In this document: one piece after another, positions 40,989-55,625 of the stretch
Numbering within the stretch: the stretch's first letter is position 1
How the letters are laid out: the number at the start of each line of letters is the position of its first letter
The notes under the pieces: generated by a model
Databases searched by the model: none
What the model saw: only the letters and a program-made list of their open reading frames with translations
What the model was told of the DNA's origin: nothing
Translations under genes and position numbers: made by a program
Assembly (NCBI GenBank): GCA_951406725.2
Contig: OX597840.1
Span: 39,432,001-39,496,000, forward strand
Length of the DNA stretch: 64,000 nt
Source: Octopus vulgaris
Lineage: Eukaryota
Reading direction: 5' to 3'

Positions 40989-41368
40989 TAGAGATGCAAT
41001 GGCCCGGTGGTTAGGACAGCGGACTCGCGGTCGTTGGATCGAGGTTTCGATTACCAGACCCGATGCAGTGAGTAATTATTAAGTGAAAACACATTAAATT
41101 TCACGAGGCTCCGGCAAGATTTGTGGCTAAGCCTGCTGTAATATTTCACCACAACTTTCTCTCACACTATATTACTGTTTCTGTTGTACCTGTATTTCCA
41201 AGGGCCAGCCTTGTCACAATCTGTGTCACGCTGAATCTCTCCGAGAACAATGTCAAGGGTACACGTGTCTGTGGAGTGTTCAGCCACTTGCACGAGTTAA
41301 TTTCACGAGCAGGCCGTTCCGTTGATTTGATCAACTGGAACCCACGTCGTCGTAAGCGAAGGATTGCC
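40986..41368 (+). mobile_element. SINE family C
   Basis: Aligns along its length with 26395-26777. Confidence 0.9.
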
Positions 41369-41371
41369 GTA

Positions 41372-41413
<42 letters not shown>

Positions 41414-41414
41414 C

Positions 41415-41605
41415 TGTGACCGCGTCTATATCGTTGGCGATTTTTTCTTCCGTCTTCCCTTCCTTGGATCTTTCCTTTTCCTATGTTTCTGACGAAGAGC
41501 TCCGCTTGAAACGTTAGATGCTCATTCTTTCTTTCCTTTCCTAAGCGTCCAATAACACTATACTTGTTCCACGTATTCGCGTTGTTGTGTTTTCATGTTT
41601 GGATT

Positions 41606-41610
<5 letters not shown>
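41415..41610 (+). mobile_element. PLE-like stub family F with hammerhead (41485-41519)
   Basis: gttt CTGACGA a gagc-tcc-gctt GAAA CG TT agat. Confidence 0.8.
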
Positions 41611-41681
<71 letters not shown>

Positions 41682-41683
<2 letters not shown>

Positions 41684-42072
41684 TCTTTTACTCTCTTACT
41701 TGTTTCAGTCATTTGACTGCGGCCATGCTGGAGCACCGCCTTTAGTCGAGCAAATCGACCCCGGGACTTATTCTTTGTAAGCCCAGTACTTATTCTATCC
41801 GTCTTTTTTGGGGACGTAAACACACCAGCATCGGTTGTCAAGCAATGCTAGGGGGACAGACACAGACACACAAATACACACACATACATATAAATATATA
41901 TATACATATATACGAGCAGGCTTCTTTCAGTTTCCGTCTACCAAATCCACTCACAAGGCATTGGTCGGCCCGGGGCTATAGCAGAAGACACTTGCCCAAG
42001 ATGCCACACAGTGGGACTGAACCAAGAACCATGTGGTTGGTTAGCAAGCTACTTACCACACAGCCATTCCTA
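41682..42072 (-). mobile_element. SINE family A
   Basis: Head-to-tail match with a small internal deletion. Confidence 0.9.
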
Positions 42073-42090
42073 TATATATATATATATATA

Positions 42091-42238
42091 TAGCGGTTCG
42101 GCAAAAAGAGACCGATGGAATAAGTACTGGGCTTACAAAGAATAAGTCACGGGGTCGATTTGCTCGACTAAAGGCGGTGCTCCAGCATGGCCGCAGTCAA
42201 ATGACTGAAACAAGTAAAAGAGTAAAAGAGTAAAAGAG

Positions 42239-42240
<2 letters not shown>
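42091..42240 (+). mobile_element. SINE family A, 3' half
   Basis: tagcggttcggcaaaaagagaccgat...ctgaaacaagtaaaagagtaaaagag. Confidence 0.9.
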
Positions 42241-42309
<69 letters not shown>

Positions 42310-42355
42310 GTATATATATATATAAATATATATATATACATATATATATATACAC

Positions 42356-42418
<63 letters not shown>

Positions 42419-42870
42419 ATATGTTTATGTATTTCTATATGATATTCGTCTTGCAGTTTTTGAGGACAAGTACATAAATTTATTGCTGCCAATCTGATTA
42501 AGCAATTTATTTCCATGTCTTCAATTGAAAATCTCATACACGAACCGGACAGTGCTTTAACATGATATATTGGATAAATCTACTTGGATCATGGATGTAT
42601 CTACGATTGAAAATCAATAATGCGAAATACACATGCATATCTTTATGTGAGTGTGTGTGTGTGTGTGTGTCTGTGTGTAGCAGAATGTGTGAGAGAGAGA
42701 GAACATATGTGCCTGCGTATGCATATGTGAGTGCGTTTCTGTGTGTGTGTGTATTCATATCATATCGAGGCTTATGCCTTGGGCTGTGTATTAATGATAT
42801 ATGTTTTCAATTAGAAATCCTGCGTGTACACACACACGTACACAAACGCATAAACATATATCCATATATG

Positions 42871-42909
<39 letters not shown>

Positions 42910-42910
42910 A

Positions 42911-42941
<31 letters not shown>

Positions 42942-42944
<3 letters not shown>

Positions 42945-43260
42945 GAGCGTCGAGCTTACGATCCTAAGGTTGTGAGCTCGAATCCCGGACCCGGCTGCGT
43001 GTTGTGTTCTTGAGCAAAGCACTTTATTTCACGTTGCTCCAGTTCACTCAGCTGTAGAAATGAGTTGCGATGTCACTGGTGCCAAGCTGTATCGACCTTT
43101 CTCTTTCCCTTGGATAACACTGGTGGCGTGGAGAGGGAGGCTGGTATGCATGGGCGACTGCTGGTCTTCCATAAACAACCTTGCCCGGACTTGTGTCTAG
43201 GAGGGTAACTCTCTAGGTGCAATCCCATGGTCATTCATGACCGAAGGGGTCTTTACCCTT

Positions 43261-43262
<2 letters not shown>
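42942..43262 (+). mobile_element. SINE family E (tRNA-derived, slightly 5'-truncated)
   Basis: B box gagctcgaatccc, core gttgtgttcttgagcaaagcactttatttcacgttgctcc, tail ctttacccttta. Confidence 0.75.
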
Positions 43263-43317
<55 letters not shown>

Positions 43318-43364
43318 GCATACATATTGATATATATGTATATATATATACATATATATGAGTG

Positions 43365-43412
<48 letters not shown>

Positions 43413-43525
43413 TATGTATTTACATACACGCATACATATAGACAGATAGATAGATAGATGAATAGACATACAGGCAGCTGATAGAGAGACAGACAGAGGG
43501 ACAGAGGGATAGATAACTAGCTAGC

Positions 43526-43584
<59 letters not shown>

Positions 43585-43845
43585 CACTTTACCTCGTAAG
43601 CGAATATGCTCGTCTTATGATGTAAACGCGGTGAAAATAGACGTTATAAGCACGGGAGAGACACCATTTAAAAATACGTGTACCGGTTTTGGCATCACCT
43701 GGACAAACACCGTGAAGAAGATGGACCCAGAATTGTATCTTGGGGTCTGACCACCCGCAGTCTTATCGCTACTTATTTGTCTTATTCCCAAGATACAACG
43801 ATTTAAATGGAACCTATCAACGAATAAATGATCTCCTCAAACAAA

Positions 43846-44306
43846 TTCTTTTATTCTTTTATTCTTGTACTTCTTTCAGATATTTGACTGCAGCTATGCT
43901 GGAGCACCGACTTTGGTCGAACAAATCGAATCCCGGACTTATATTTTGTAAGACTAGAACTTAATATATCGGCCTCTTTTGCCGAACTGCTTTGTTACGG
44001 GGACATAAACAAACCAGGATCGGTTATCAAGCGATGCTGGGGGCCAAACACAGACACACAAATATATATACATATACATGCGTATAATGAGGGATGACCA
44101 CTATGTGAACATCCAATATGCTAGAAGATCATCTAGGATCTAACCACAGGACTTATTAGATCGTAGATAATCTTCTTCTAGCATATTGGATGTCCACTTA
44201 GTGGTCATCATTTATTATACACGGTTATTACAACTTTTCTGAATTTTCGGATTTTTCTATATGCTACGCTATTGCTTTTAAATTGACGTTAATTAAATTA
44301 ATATTT

Positions 44307-44390
<84 letters not shown>

Positions 44391-44605
44391 GAAAAAGGTG
44401 AAGAGAGATATGTAGATAGATAGATAGATAGATAGATATACGATGAGCTTCTTTAATTTTCCCTATACCAAATCCACTCACAAGGATTTAGTCGACCCGA
44501 GGCTATAGCATATGACACTCGACCAAAATTCCACGCAGTGGCACTGAACCCGGAACCATGTGGTTGGGAAGCAATCTTCTTTCCACATAGCTACGCCTGC
44601 GCCTC
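43846..44605 (-). mobile_element. SINE family A with a foldback stub (44081-44223) and (GATA)n in its internal microsatellite
   Basis: Tail at 43846-44060 and head at 44440-44605; inserted palindrome gatgaccacta..catccaatatgctagaaga / tcttctagcatattggatg..tagtggtcatc. Confidence 0.8.
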
Positions 44606-44996
44606 GGGGATATATTTTAACTCACTGTACTAAAATACCTCGAATATGAGAAATAATAAGATAATTATTAATTTGCGTGATTTTAATTAAGACATTCATA
44701 AATTAAATAATTAAGATAACCCTTTTTCTTAATTAATAATTCGATGTTGGCAAGAAAAAATATTGAAAAACATACACTTACGCTTTGAAGATTCTAAAGA
44801 GCAGAATGTATCCTTAGTTAATTAGATTGCAAAGAAACACCCTGGGTGGCTCGGTTAGTTGATCATTACGACACGCAAAAGGATATAACACGACAGTTAT
44901 TATTATTTAGCAGGTTTTATACTTGCATATATAAATATATGTATACGCATACAGAGAGATAGATAGAGAGAGAATGAGAGAGTGATGGACGTGCGA

Positions 44997-45035
<39 letters not shown>

Positions 45036-45040
45036 TATAC

Positions 45041-45107
<67 letters not shown>

Positions 45108-45169
45108 AATATATATACATATACATATATGTATATATATATATATATATATATACATATATGTATATA

Positions 45170-45238
<69 letters not shown>

Positions 45239-45695
45239 GTATGCATGTACGTATGTATATGTGTGTGTATATAAGCAGTTTGTATATGGTATTTAACGCT
45301 GATATACAGGAGAAAGCAATGCAACTACGATACTTGTATATGTCTCGTACAGATGCACTGAACGAAATGTCAAAAAGAATCTCAATAGTAGACATAAGGC
45401 AACAAGCAATGGCGGGGGAATTGTTGGACGTAGATTTCGGCATCTTTATGCATCGCCAGTAGCAAGCTTCTGCAAACATCCACATGAACAAGTTTAGACT
45501 TTAATGTTATAGAAAATGAATGGGCAACGAATCTGCTTTTATATTCAACAAATGCAGTAACTACAGAGACCTGGGGCTATTAATTTACATAATGTAACAC
45601 TTTTAAACGAGCAGACCTCCTCATATAGATGCGTATGTATTTGTACATACATATATACATACACACATATGGGTATATATATATATATATATATA

Positions 45696-46085
45696 TGGAA
45701 TGGAAGCACTCCGTCGGTTCCGACAACGAGGGTTCCGGTTGATCCGATCAACGGAACAGCCTGCTCGTGAAATTAACGTGTAAGTGGCTGAGCACTCCAC
45801 AGACACGTGTACCCTTAACGTAGTTCTCGGGGATATTCAGCGTGACACAGAGAGTGAGAAGGCCGGCCCTTTGAAATACAGGTACAACAGAAACAGGAAG
45901 TAAGAGTGAGAGAAAGTTGTGGTGAAAGAGTACAGCAGGGATCACCACCATCCCTTGCCGGAGCATCGTGGAGCTTTAGGTGTTTTCGCTCTATAAACAC
46001 TCACAACGCCCGGTCTGGGAATCGAAACCGCGATCCTACGACCGCGAGTCCGCTGCCCTAACCACTGGGCCATTGCGCCTCCACA
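45696..46085 (-). mobile_element. SINE family C, young full-length copy
   Basis: Near-identical reverse complement of 26395-26777. Confidence 0.9.
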
Positions 46086-46101
46086 TATATATATATATGT
46101 A

Positions 46102-46187
<86 letters not shown>

Positions 46188-46194
46188 TGTATAC

Positions 46195-46292
46195 TTTTTT
46201 TACTCTTTTTCTCGTTTCACTCACTTTGACTGCAGCCATGCTGGGGTAGCGCTTTTAGTCTAGCAAATCGACACCACGACTTATTCTTTGTA
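46195..46292 (-). mobile_element. SINE family A tail fragment
   Basis: tttgactgcagccatgctgg...gcaaatcgac..gacttattctttgtaa. Confidence 0.7.
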
Positions 46293-47506
46293 ACACAAAC
46301 TTACACAGATATATATATATATATATATAATTATATATATATATATATATGTGTGTGTATGTGTGTGTGTGCTTGTTACATATGATGTATATACATATAT
46401 TATTATTATTATTATTTTTATTATTATTATAATTATTATTATTATTATTATATATTAATATCACCGGCAAAATATTAATGTTATTAATCCAATTTAAAAT
46501 TATTGTTAGGAAGCTAAACGTTCTTAATAACGTTCATTTGAATATTGCAATAAATATTTCACCTTAATAGACCTTTGACTGTTACGCCCTTTGTCTAGTT
46601 TTTTAAAAAAGAAGCAAATATATTAAATGTTCCTGTATTACTGTTATTCAAATACTTACATGACGAATTCATTTGTGTAGCAGGTGTTATATCTGCTGCC
46701 TGTGTATCCGCAACCTGTCGATGAATGCCGTTATTGCCTGGGAACCTACTAGTAAGGATTTGTTTATAATCATGACAGTAAGTGAGTGCAATGCATCTCT
46801 AAAAATTGAAAGAAATCCTCTGAATATTTGATTTAGTATGAGTTTCTGATCGTGAGTGCAGAGCCATTAGAGGACGCGTAGTGAAAGCATCAAAATAAAT
46901 AATAACATTTTCAGTGACTTTAATAGTGTGGCGAACGAGTGCAAAATTCAAATATTTAGTAATGGGCAATTAGTAACCGTATAAATTCTGAAGCAGACAA
47001 GTTATTAGTATGACTAATATTGATAAATTAATAATACGAAAAATGCTTATAAATTAAAAATGATAATTATAGATGTAAAATAACGTGTTAGCAATAGACA
47101 AAAACACGTTCTAATAAGAAGCAATTAAAAGCGGATAATATTGAAAGTTGAAATACCTCCTATCGCAATTGGACAAAGTCTGGGGGCGTTACCACGTGCT
47201 ATACATACACAGGCAGGAAAAATACTTTACATACAAATAGAACTGGAATCCATCATACAACCTGCTGTCGAAAATAAAAGTAACTAAAACAGCGTTTGCA
47301 TTTAGCAAAGACTCAAACATATAATGAAAGTATGAATTTCCAATAACAAATGTTATTGATGAATCTCTGAAAGGCTAAATAAGCGCTAAATAAAAATTTC
47401 TATCGAACTCCTCACACATATATGCTTAGTTATATACACATGCGTCAGAAATTAATTAGCACTTCTCAAATTTCTACATTTTCTTACATTTTCTTACATG
47501 AAACTA

Positions 47507-47995
47507 CAGGGTTCTGTGAATGAATTGTCGTCTAAATTACGCAAAAATGAAAATAAGACTGCCAAATCATTTTAACAGATATATTTAACAAAATTACATA
47601 AAACAATCTTGAAAAACTAAAGAGGAAATTTATTCAAAAAAACTGCCATTGGATTCAACAACGGCCTCTAGACGTCCTCAGAATCGCCTGCAAATTTTTG
47701 GACGTCCCCCTTGTTTAAGTTGGTGAATGCTGCCATAATCCTTGCCTTCAGTTCATTTTTAGTGTTACAAGGAGTTGTTCTCGTCTCTCGCTCAACTGTG
47801 CCCCACTCATTATCATCAGAGGGTTGCAGTCTGGGGAGTTAGGTGGCTAGATGTTAGGGGTGACGTGGTCGAAGAAATAGTCTGACAACCATGACTTGGT
47901 TCTCCTGCTTGTGTGGCACGGTGTACAGTCTTGTTGCCAGATAGAGAGTCTTCCAGCAGCCACCCTCACGATCAAGTGTGTATACATCGGCGGGT
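47507..47995 (-). mobile_element. Tc1/mariner DD37D (maT-like) transposase remnant plus TIR ending at TA
   Basis: WQQDCTPCHTSRRTKSWLSDYFFDHVTPNI*PPNSPDCNPL(D): 37 residues between the last two catalytic Asp after correcting a 1-nt frameshift; TA|cagggtt terminus at 47505. Confidence 0.85.
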
Positions 47996-48153
47996 AGATA
48001 GACATATATATAGATATATAGATAGATATATAGATAGATAGATAGATTGATAGATAGATAGATACATACATACACACATACATACATCCATACATGTATA
48101 GATGGATAAATGGATAGAAAGATAAATAGACGGATAGACAGATAGATAGATAA

Positions 48154-48227
<74 letters not shown>

Positions 48228-48251
48228 GGATGGATAGATAGATAGATAGAT

Positions 48252-49345
48252 ATGTTTCTTTATTAGCCACACAGGGCTGCACACAGATAGAACAAATTAC
48301 AAGGTAGAGCTTTTCTTTTGAAGGTTTAAAAAAAAAAAAGAAAAGGAAGGAGGAGTTTCGATCAAAAGGGATCGTAAAAGGAGAGAAAGAGGACAAAAAA
48401 AGGGGGTTAAAAAAAGGGGGAGAGGAAAAAAAAAGAAAATTTGATCAATAGGGATCGTTATCACAGAAATGTCAATATGAAGTGTAAAGGGGAGGACAGG
48501 TGAGGTTTACCCGTGGAAAGAAAAGCCTACGGAAAAGACCACGGTAACCTCGGTCAATGAAGTCACATTTTATATTTCTTTTTTTTTTTTTTTTTTTTTG
48601 CAAATAAGCAAATCTCTGTTTTCAATTTCTGGGTTCATAGGATTATGCCCAAGGTGGCTTCGTCATTCATACGTGCCATTCTTGCTACATTCACCCATCT
48701 TTTTAAAACATTCGCTAGACAAAACTTGCCTCTCTACTCTCACTTTCCTTTTCAAGTGGTACTTGAAGAAGTTGATGAGAGATTGACCAGAGAGGAAAGT
48801 GTTTGTCTCCAATCCTTTCAGACGCGTCCACCAGATACATTCTTTCGCCATAGCCACAAGGATGATGAAAGTAGCTCTTCCTTCCCGTTTGAAGGAAGGA
48901 GGCGTGACAATATTGACGATAGACTCAGCTGATAAACCGACTCGTCCCACACGTGACAGCAGTTGTTCGACATAAGCCCACAGGTCGGAAATTGTTGGAC
49001 ACTGAACGAGTGCGTGCAGAACGGTTTCGTCGCTCTGACCGCATCTCGGGCAGGTCGGCCCCGTGTTTCTCGAGCCGTGTCTGTAGAGCTTATCCCGAAC
49101 GGGTAGCGCTTCTCGGTAGCACTGCCAGGCCAGGGATCTCTGGAAGTTGTCCATGGGCCCTGGCCCGAAAGTCGTCCTGAACAGGCGGGTCAGGTACTCC
49201 TCGTCGACGTCCAGGTTCGCCCCGAGCTCGTCGTCGTACCTCCCCTCCACTAAACCCCTATAGAATGCTTTGGTTGTGTTGAAGTCACTTAAGGTCGACC
49301 CAGGACGGCAGAGTTGCTTGAGAGCAACGCGACACTCGCGGTGCC
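48252..49345 (-). mobile_element. Tx1/L1-clade LINE 3' end (zf-RVT zinc knuckle), 5'-truncated, inside (GATA)n
   Basis: Frame open from about 49343: HRECRVAL...AWQCYREALPVRDKLYRHG..CPRCGQSDETVLHALVQC..LW...IWWTR (CX2CX8HX4C); one frameshift near the end; AATAAA near the 3' terminus. Confidence 0.9.
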
Positions 49346-49376
49346 ATAGATAGATAGATAGATAGATAGATAGATT

Positions 49377-49455
<79 letters not shown>

Positions 49456-49487
49456 GGATATATGGATGGATAGATAGATAGATAGAC

Positions 49488-49576
<89 letters not shown>

Positions 49577-49984
49577 TACAATATTCTCATATTTTCCCCA
49601 TTATTTTTCAATTGACACATCTTCTAATAGCTTTCTGACATCCTATGAATATCTTATCGATATTGTGCCGAGCGTAAAATTTGTAACTTGATGGAAACTA
49701 TACAAACCGTAGCGGAACTCTCGGTTCGTAATAATATTAATACTATCATCTATATGACCGAAATCATATACATACCTATATGCACACACCAAGAAACACA
49801 AGGGGATACATAGAATGTGTGTGTGTAGTCGAGAGGATCTGTATCAAAGTGTTGGCCAGATTATCGCTGGTTATAATGCGCTTCGAATTGTTTGAGGTTT
49901 CGAATGCTAGCAGACTGCTAACTGAGCCAATAGGTGAAACATTACCGACTAGCACCCGAGGGGAAAACTGGTCTAAAGAAAAGT

Positions 49985-50133
49985 TTTCCCTCTATAGACA
50001 GTAGTGTAACCTGGAGTAACATGATATGAAGGCTTTGCTCCAGGACAATACGCGGCGTCTGCCCGGCGGGAATCAAACTCGACAATTAGCAATTCGGAGT
50101 TCAACAGCCTAACTACTAGACCACATGACTTCA
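49985..50133 (-). mobile_element. Degenerate SINE (family E-like head and core)
   Basis: Minus strand tgtggtctagtagttagg...gagtttgattccc...tgtcctggagcaaagccttcatatcatgttactccag. Confidence 0.55.
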
Positions 50134-50199
50134 CTTATATACAAACGTGTATACATATGCGTGTGTGTGTATGTATACATACATATATATAGGATATAC

Positions 50200-50264
<65 letters not shown>

Positions 50265-50299
50265 TACATATTTACATACTTACATATATACATGCATAT

Positions 50300-50443
50300 G
50301 TAATGTACCGATCCGTAAAAGAAAATTCAACAAAAAAATTACTCCATCTGGTGAGAGATAAATATTATTTATTTAAAGGTCACAATACATGTATTAAAGC
50401 GCTACTAATACATGCAATTCGTGTACTGTGACCTTTAAATAAA

Positions 50444-50444
<1 letters not shown>
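50300..50444. repeat. Short foldback stub in (TA)n (PLE-like)
   Basis: atttatttaaaggtcaca (50367) and tgtgacctttaaataaat (50427) are inverted; the central aaagcgcta resembles a hammerhead stem III remnant. Confidence 0.55.
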
Positions 50445-50517
<73 letters not shown>

Positions 50518-51010
50518 CTATATATATTATCTCCCTCTAATTATATATATATATATATTAATCTCCCTCTAATTAATGCTTCGGATTTTACCGAAATAAG
50601 CATAGAGTTTGCTGATTTTAACCCACGCTGGTGGAAAGGAGAACATAAATTCTTCGCTTGCATATTTGAGTTTGTTGGCACTGTTAGTTACGAGCAGATC
50701 TTCGAAAGCGATGAGAAGCCGAAAGGGTATGCTCTCACTTTCAGTGTTTTCAAATCCAAACCAAGGAGTTTCTGAGCTGATGATAGAAGTGTCGTGTTGA
50801 CTAATCTTGAAACGTACGTTCTCAAATAACCTTTGCATTTGATTTTTTGATGTCTTTACCCCCAAACTTTCGTGAGTTGAGTTAAGCAAACACTATATGA
50901 GAGAGGTTTCTTTAAGTATTAGAAATAGTTTTAAAAAAGTTTTTTAACTGCTATTTCTAATGAGTTCAGTATGCGGCAAAGTAATTTATTTTACTAAGCC
51001 CTTTTATATA

Positions 51011-51061
<51 letters not shown>

Positions 51062-51399
51062 TAAACATGATACATATGTGTATTCGTGTATGTATGTATA
51101 TATGTATGTATCTATCTATCTATATACATATATGTATATATGTATGTATGTATACAATGGAAGGCACACTTCAAGCAATACATCTTGCCAGTATCGGTTA
51201 GCTCCCCTGGGGTTTTCTGTTTGTCTTCTTCTTTACAGGTGTCGCTGGTTTGAACCTTATCAGCGTAAAAGGCTGCGGCAAAACGGTCTTCTTCACTGCT
51301 TGCTAAATGGTGGAATGAACTACCACCTCGTCCACGAAACACTCGGTGTCTCTGTTTTTCATGAATTGTAGCTTTTTATTATAAGTTTATATGTAGATC

Positions 51400-51635
51400 A
51401 ATCGATCGACTATTGCGGGTGTTACGTTCCAAAATTCCCCGTGATAGGTGAATATCCGCGAAGTATCAACAGTACGGCACTGTATATTTTCTGTATAAGT
51501 TTTATAATTTTATATATATATATATATTGTTATCAATGCACAACAAGCCCTCGGAGGAATCAACGTAAGCTTAAATAATAAAGCGCGATATGTGAACCAC
51601 GATAGGTAAACCGTGATATAGCAAGGGATAGCTGT
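51400..51635. mobile_element. pogo/Tigger-like MITE
   Basis: gcgggtgttacgttcc...gataggtgaatatccgcgaagta and gtgaaccacgataggtaaaccgtgatatagcaagggatagctg|ta resemble Tigger-type subterminal sequences (from recall). Confidence 0.6.
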
Positions 51636-51652
51636 ATATACATATATATATT

Positions 51653-51685
<33 letters not shown>

Positions 51686-51761
51686 ATGTATGTATATATG
51701 TATAATTATGCCTGTACACAGGTACACACTTGAGTTTGTGTGTGTTTGAGTGTGTGTATGT

Positions 51762-51830
<69 letters not shown>

Positions 51831-52430
51831 TATGTTTGTGTTTTATGTGTGTGTGTGTGTGTGTATTTGTCGTTCCCTTTACATCATGCATATTTCCATG
51901 ATTTCCTTTTACCATGGTTTTTGGTTTTAGTTTGCTTTTTTTTTTCCTACGCGTTTCTTTTGAACATCATAAATGTAGAAACACAGCGTCTTCGCTTTCG
52001 TTTCCGCTTTTGAATTTAGTTTCATATCACCCTGTTTCTCCCTCTTCTTCTACAACAAGGTAGACCATATTTTACATACGAGTAGGCACGATTTTAGAAC
52101 CATTACGTTTGTTTTCTTAAGTATTTAGAAGTTGCAATAATAGAATCTCAAACGTCAATAAAACTGATTTCCTTTAGAAAATAGAAAAATGTATTAAATC
52201 AAATACAAAATGGAAAGTTTTTATCAGAAATTGCGGAACAGTTTAATATACTTACAGGAATTGTCAAAAATAATAGATTAATAGAAAGAAAGGAACTAAT
52301 CGGATACAGGATAATCGCTGGAAATTTAAAATATATGTACGGAATAACATCGTAGAGACGATGGAAAAACTGCAGGACAATAAAGAAGGCAGTTTACGGT
52401 AGAACAAAGCAATGGGCTGTTTTTTATTTG

Positions 52431-52609
52431 GTTCATTCTCGAGCCAAGCCTGGCTCATAAGGGCCGGTTTCCCGGTTTCCTTGGTGTATAGGTTCCCCAC
52501 CTGGACGGGGCGCCGTTCCGACGCAGGTGAGCTGCATGATGCAGGAAGGAAGTGTGAGAGAAGGTTGTGGCGAAACTGTCAGCAGAAGTTCGCCATTACC
52601 TTCTGCCGG
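52431..52609 (-). mobile_element. SINE family D, 3' part
   Basis: Aligns with 61748-61928. Confidence 0.8.
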
Positions 52610-52646
52610 TAATATATATATCTATATATAAATATATATACATTCA

Positions 52647-52690
<44 letters not shown>

Positions 52691-52736
52691 TATACATATG
52701 TACATATATATACACACATATATATATACGTACATT

Positions 52737-52776
<40 letters not shown>

Positions 52777-53101
52777 ACTTATACATACATACATATATAT
52801 ATATATATAGAGAGAGAGAGAGGGAGAAATAGATATATATATATATATATAAGCATTTCTTCATTTATGTTTCAATAATATTCCTCTAAATGATGTTGAT
52901 CGTACTTTTTTTATGAATAATATGATCGATAATACATCCCACGCGTTTTAAACGATTTTGATAGGCACGGTGATTTTGAAGACGTGAAGTGCGTCAGACC
53001 CCGAATAGTTCTATATCTGTATGTCTACCTGCGTGCGAAAGGCTTAAACGTATGTAATAATGTTGGCTGGGAATTATACATATATATATATATATATATA
53101 G

Positions 53102-53155
<54 letters not shown>

Positions 53156-53408
53156 CATAGAGATAGAGATAGAGAGAGAGAGAGGGATTGATAAATAGAT
53201 AGATAGAGAAACTCACACAAGTACATATATGTGTACATCCACAATTAATACACATTAATACAATTACGTATGAATTTATATATACATGCACAAACGTATA
53301 CTATCAATTGACGCAGACATGATATATATATTTCCATAACCAGATATTGATTTATGAGTGCATACATACATATATAGATATATATGTACATATATATATA
53401 TATATCTA

Positions 53409-53456
<48 letters not shown>

Positions 53457-53471
53457 CATATATATATGTTT

Positions 53472-53575
<104 letters not shown>

Positions 53576-54173
53576 ATGTATGTATATACATACATATATA
53601 AATATGTATGATACGAATTAGTATTTATAGATATGTATGTGTGAACGTGTATATATATATATATATATTGGTAGGTTTATATATATGTATGTATGTAGGT
53701 ATGTATGTACATATGTATGTATGAATGTAATAGAATACTTTTATAATAAGCACATGAATTTGCTGGAACCCAAATCTGAGAATCGTGTTCAGCATTCGAA
53801 TAGAAAAAAAAACGTAGTAACGAAATTCTAGGACATTGAGTTTAGAAATGGAAAAAATATATGTATTTGTGTAAAACATGCCTTTGATCTCCAAAACTCC
53901 ATCATAACCACTTGTCACGAAAAGGAGACAACTTCTGTTGATAGATCTGATCTGATAGGACATCCGTTGCTGCTACATTAAGCTAGTATCTGTCTACCTC
54001 TCTACCTGACGATAGTTATCTATATCTCTATGCATATTTCTATGTCCAATATATGTATATTCATATATATGCAAGTGTATGTGTATATATATGTGTATAT
54101 ATATATATTTATGTATGTATATATATATATATGTATATATATGTATGTATATATATTTGTGTGTGTGTATGTA

Positions 54174-54207
<34 letters not shown>

Positions 54208-54316
54208 AAGGTATATATTAACATACATTTATGTTTCTATCTATCTCTCTGTCTATCAGTATATATATTTATCTATCTATCAAACTATCTATCAATCTGT
54301 CTATATATATATATGT

Positions 54317-54347
<31 letters not shown>

Positions 54348-54659
54348 CTATATATATATATATATATATGTATATATAAACGTATGTATGTTTATATAGG
54401 TATTTATATATATATGTAAAAAAATATATATATATATATTTCTACGCCTGTATGCATATGTGTATATGTATACAAACATGTATGCAAATACATATCTGTA
54501 CACGCATAAATACACATATATGTATATAAGTAGATAGATAGATAGATAGACAGTTATACGTGCGTAGATATCGAAATATCCTCATACTCCCGTACATATA
54601 TGTATGTATGAATCTAACTATTTATCTATGTTTCTATATCTACCTATCTATCTATCTAC

Positions 54660-54735
<76 letters not shown>

Positions 54736-54758
54736 CAATCTATCTATCTATCTACCTA

Positions 54759-54862
54759 TTTTTTTATTTTTTTATTTTTTATTTTTTTACCTTCAAAAGA
54801 AAAGCTCTACCTTGTAATTTGTTCTATCTGTGTGCAGCCCTGTGTGGCTAATAAAGAAACAT
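54759..54862 (+). mobile_element. Tx1/L1-like 3' UTR stub in (TATC)n
   Basis: ccttcaaaagaaaagctctaccttgtaatttg...ggctaataaagaaacat is the exact reverse complement of 48252-48325. Confidence 0.9.
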
Positions 54863-54875
54863 ATCTATCTATCTT

Positions 54876-54912
<37 letters not shown>

Positions 54913-54915
54913 ACA

Positions 54916-54974
<59 letters not shown>

Positions 54975-55379
54975 TTATATATATATCTATATATATATAT
55001 ATATATATATGCATACAGTAACAGTGTCAGAAAGAGGATAACAATTCCAATATTATTTAAATATTTTTCCATGTATATTGGATAAACAGGAATATGTTTA
55101 TAAATACGTGCGAATTCTGGGGTGTGCATTAACACACAAATCGCCAAACACATGCACACATTAATTCACATCATCACATTTATATCTATATCTCCTTTTT
55201 ATACCGCTGATACTTTCCATACTAACCATATTTTTTGGTTTAAGTTTTATCACATCCACGGAATAACACTAAATAACTTCTTTTGAGACATGCGAGTTAA
55301 TGTATATACATCTGAAATATAAGTGTGGTTTCATGGGTGAAATATAAAAATTATGTATGATTATATATGTATATATGTG

Positions 55380-55472
<93 letters not shown>

Positions 55473-55562
55473 ATATAAAGATTGAGAACCCCACAGACAA
55501 AAACAGATGCACTTTTATACAAAAACATAGTATGGAATGTAGATAGATAGATAGACAGATAG

Positions 55563-55625
<63 letters not shown>

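Noticed and set aside
45241-45462. Complex-sequence ORF ([10 protein letters not shown]...)
   Set aside because: Short, starts in a microsatellite, and has no recognisable motif or splice context.
50569-50889. 106-aa ORF, possibly an RTE LINE remnant
   Set aside because: Only vague similarity; no diagnostic motif readable in any frame.
51212-51370. Strong 3' splice site (polypyrimidine-tacag) suggesting a host exon
   Set aside because: No clear donor or recognisable peptide; nearby WWNELPP looks more like an old CR1/L2 remnant. Cannot be supported without RNA data.
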